A DNA stretch of 64,000 nt from Felis catus. Lineage: Eukaryota. Made by a program: the position numbers and the translations under genes. The stretch spans positions 50,036,001-50,100,000 of the forward strand of contig NC_058382.1 of assembly GCF_018350175.1 (NCBI RefSeq), written 5' to 3'. Below the pieces are notes generated by a model. It saw only the letters and a list, made by a program, of their open reading frames with translations. It searched no databases and was not told the origin of the DNA. Below are positions 63,305-64,000 of the stretch, one piece after another. Positions within the stretch are counted from its first letter, which is position 1; every line of letters begins with the position of its first letter.

Positions 63305-64000
63305 GAGTGACATGAGCAAGATGGCAGGATAGGAGGCCCCTGTCCGTGTACCTGCCCAACAACAATAATTTGGCAGCCATATTGGACAAAAGTGCCTCTG
63401 TGGGAGCTTTGGGCTCCTGGTAGGAGACTGCGAAATGCCAGCAGTGCCCAAGACCAAAGAGGGTTGTTTCGAGAAGGCAGGCCCATGCTCAGGATTTTGA
63501 ATCACCAACTGGGGTCCCAGCTACGGCCCCAGAAACTGCCCCTTCTCTCTGGACATATGGCTATATTTCTCTTTGCTCTTGATCCTGCCACTGGCGACAC
63601 CTGCCTAGGGCCCCTGCAGGAGTCATAGTGGCCCATGCCTCAGGTGTAGACAATGATACAGAATTGAGGGCCCCGAAATAAGCCCACATATACATAGCCC
63701 GCTCATATTTGACGAGGGAGCTGAGAATACTCAATGGAGAAAGGACAGTGTCTTCAATAAATGGTGTTGGGGAAATTGGATATGCGTATGCAAAAGAATG
63801 AAACTGGACCCCCCTCCTCCATCTTACGTCACTCACAAAAATGAACTCAAAATGGATTAAGGACTCAAATGGCAGACATGAAAGCATAAAACCTCTGGAT
63901 GAAAACATAGGGAAAAAGCCCCTTGACACTGGTCTTGGCAATGTTTTTTTTGGATATGACATCAAAAGTACAAGCAACAAAAGCAAAAATCAACAAGTGG
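63305..64000 (+). mobile_element. L1: 5'UTR-like start joined directly to late ORF2 (continues past window)
   Basis: CAAGATGGCAGGATAGGAGG start motif; from ~63646 ORF2 peptide [51 protein letters not shown]. Confidence 0.8.

Noticed and set aside
1..64000. CRISPR arrays, operons, numts, rRNA, processed pseudogenes, exogenous viral genes
   Set aside because: None seen; all interspersed repeats fit known mammalian transposon classes

Overview
Mammalian, repeat-rich, largely non-coding DNA from a felid (cat family). The assignment rests on about 42 tRNA-derived CanSINEs, several of the young felid-type subfamily. The window also holds one full-length decayed LINE-1 (8.6-15.5 kb, minus), one 5'-truncated LINE-1 (28.0-33.3 kb, minus), older L1/L2/MIR fragments, MaLR/ERV LTR remnants, hAT DNA-transposon fossils and many microsatellites. 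No protein-coding gene could be recognised; nearly all ORFs in the track are SINE, L1 or chance ORFs, and only a few weak candidate exons are offered. The most informative structure is a 478-bp, ~99%-identical copy of unique DNA from 23.8-24.5 kb that sits inside the second L1 (28541-29018). It has fold-back/palindromic junctions, no TSD and no poly(A), consistent with a templated double-strand-break repair patch, and it lacks a SINE that the donor carries. Also notable: a compact nested double hairpin at 16626-16685, and an L1 whose 5'UTR is joined directly to late ORF2 at ~63645. Repeat family names are from visual recognition, not a database search. I found no evidence of a novel multi-gene system.
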